The position numbers were made by a program, and so were the translations under genes. 64,000 nucleotides of DNA. It comes from a virus. Taxonomy: Duplodnaviria; Caudoviricetes. Every line of letters starts with the position of its first letter. Position 1 is the stretch's first letter. Where the stretch lies: positions 1 through 64,000 of the IMG/VR virus record IMGVR_UViG_3300005714_000005; one strand, given 5' to 3'. Shown piece by piece: positions 62,460 to 64,000 of the stretch. The notes beneath the pieces were generated by a model. That model ran no database searches, was not told the DNA's origin, and was given only the letters and a program-made list of their open reading frames with translations.

Positions 62460-63111
62460 GAAATTATTAATGAATAATTATTCTGAAAATGGATTAATGC
62501 CTGTCATGGATGGTTTGATTTGTTGGTTAGATGGTAGAGATGGTGAATTTGGTGATACCGTATGGGTAGATAGAAGTGGAAATGGGAATGACGCAACAGT
62601 GACAAACTGTGTGTGGACTGGGAAAGCTCTGAAAACAACTTCAGATTTAAGTGAATTTTTAGTTAGTAAAGAGATGATTAGTGGCGACAACAATCCCTAT
62701 ACATTGGAGATATATTTTTCTCGTTATGCAACAGATAGACCAAACGTAGCAGAGAATGTCATAATGGCTAATTCAGTAAAAGAATGGGGTTACTCAACCT
62801 CTCTTTATATTCGAGGGAATAAGTTGTTTTATGACGTAGGAAAACAAACTTTGGTTGATAACTCCGAGTTTAACAAGCCTTATCAAGTAGCTATTAGCAA
62901 AGTCCACCTCACAAGCAGGAAATCATTTGTTAATGGCAACTTTATTCAAGAGCGAGATGGATTCGTTGTAAAAGGGATTTCATTTTTGGGAAATTGGGAC
63001 TCAACAAAAGCAAAATGCGATTATTACTCAATTAGATTATACAATCGTGCCTTGACAGAAGAAGAAATCCAACAAAATTACCTATACGAACAATCAATTG
63101 AAAGAGGGTGA
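62452..63111 (+). CDS. LamG/concanavalin-like domain protein
   Basis: W.DRSGNGNDA...IRLYNRALTEEEI. Confidence 0.8.
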   Translation: MTKKLLMNNYSENGLMPVMDGLICWLDGRDGEFGDTVWVDRSGNGNDATVTNCVWTGKALKTTSDLSEFLVSKEMISGDNNPYTLEIYFSRYATDRPNVAENVIMANSVKEWGYSTSLYIRGNKLFYDVGKQTLVDNSEFNKPYQVAISKVHLTSRKSFVNGNFIQERDGFVVKGISFLGNWDSTKAKCDYYSIRLYNRALTEEEIQQNYLYEQSIERG

Positions 63112-63117
63112 TAACAA

Positions 63118-63666
63118 ATGTACGCTAAATTAGAAAATAACAAATTAACTTATGCACCAAAAAATTATAAAACTCCTACTCATTTAATCCTAAACTTTAA
63201 TAGTAATATTACACTTATGGAGGAACATGGATTTAAGGAAGTAGTGGATATTAAACCTGAATATGATAACTCTACCCACTATTTGTCGGTAGATAGCTAT
63301 ACAGAAGATGAAAATTCTATCACAATCAACTACACAATTAAAGATATTGAGCCTATTATTCAAGAGCCAACTTTAGAGGATAGAGTCTCACAATTAGAAA
63401 CCAAAACCAAAGAGCAAGAAGTTGAAATTGAAATGAATCAAGATGCAATTAATTTCCTACTATTCCAAGCATTAGGAGTTGAGGGTAAACAAACGAAAGG
63501 GGCGAATACAATGGCAGCCTATTTAGCAAATCAAATTCTTAAAGGTAAATTATCATATGAATTAGTAGTTAAACGATACCCTGAGTTTAAAGAGGATATT
63601 GATACAATCTTAATCCTTGAAGGGCGAGAAGATTTAATTAAAGAGGAAAATTTAATGAAGCGATAA
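63118..63666 (+). CDS. Hypothetical tail-associated protein
   Basis: EPTLEDRV; C-terminal AAYLANQI...PEFKEDID.IL. Confidence 0.65.
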   Translation: MYAKLENNKLTYAPKNYKTPTHLILNFNSNITLMEEHGFKEVVDIKPEYDNSTHYLSVDSYTEDENSITINYTIKDIEPIIQEPTLEDRVSQLETKTKEQEVEIEMNQDAINFLLFQALGVEGKQTKGANTMAAYLANQILKGKLSYELVVKRYPEFKEDIDTILILEGREDLIKEENLMKR

Positions 63667-63708
63667 TTCAATAGACATACCTTAAAGCAAGAAAGGAGGA
63701 ATTTCTAT

Positions 63709-64000
63709 ATGTCTATTTATGTAAGAGATGAACATGGCGTGTTACAAGCTCTGAAAATCCCTGCATACAAGGGTGAAAAAGGGGAGGCAGGGGTAACACC
63801 TAATCTTACGATTGGGAATGTTACAACCCTACCTTATGACCAACAAGCCACTGTTGTAATCAGAGGGGATAAGGAAAATCCTATCATTGACTTTGGTATT
63901 CCTAAAGGTCAAGATGGAACTGGAGTTGGGGGAAATAATGTCTTTGATACAGACATTCAGTTCGTTCCTGACCCAATTAAGCAAATTGCAGAAACACCTA
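63709..64000 (+). CDS. Collagen-like protein (truncated by window end)
   Basis: RBS aggagg; KGEKGEAG..PNLTIG, paralogous to 61851. Confidence 0.7.
   Translation, partial: MSIYVRDEHGVLQALKIPAYKGEKGEAGVTPNLTIGNVTTLPYDQQATVVIRGDKENPIIDFGIPKGQDGTGVGGNNVFDTDIQFVPDPIKQIAETP

Noticed and set aside
1053-62693. Minus-strand ORFs in the track
   Set aside because: Nearly all are short shadows of well-supported + strand genes, with no recognisable motifs
51068-64000. Diversity-generating retroelement or shufflon in the tail genes
   Set aside because: No reverse transcriptase, recombinase or template/variable repeat pair seen in the window

Overview
An AT-rich segment of a large SPbeta-like siphophage of Bacillota; essentially all real genes are on the + strand. 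The layout is: (1) 1-4.5 kb, an array of small genes in cassettes with their own sigma-A promoters and terminators. (2) 4.5-5.4 kb, a non-coding, strand-skewed region containing a dif-like site. (3) 5.5-12.8 kb, antirepressors, nucleases and a putative initiator. (4) A YonO-like single-subunit RNA polymerase split by two ORF-less group I introns, one of them inside the catalytic DxDGD motif. (5) 18-21.6 kb, an RNA-rich block with hairpin RNAs presenting anti-RBS/anti-start loops, HU- and YonK-like genes, a Rep-like gene with a bistable leader and downstream direct repeats, and a ~640-nt ROOL-like ncRNA followed by a tRNA-like minihelix. (6) Class Ib RNR (nrdE with an HNH-encoding group I intron, thioredoxin, nrdF), a BMP lipoprotein and tRNA-Thr. 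(7) The packaging, head and tail operon, with terL carrying an HNH-encoding group I intron. The best candidates for new biology are the anti-RBS sRNA set, two free-standing fragments resembling the ATPase and nuclease halves of TerL, the intron-gated RNA polymerase, and the Rep leader switch. All protein calls come from motif recognition by eye; no database searches were run.
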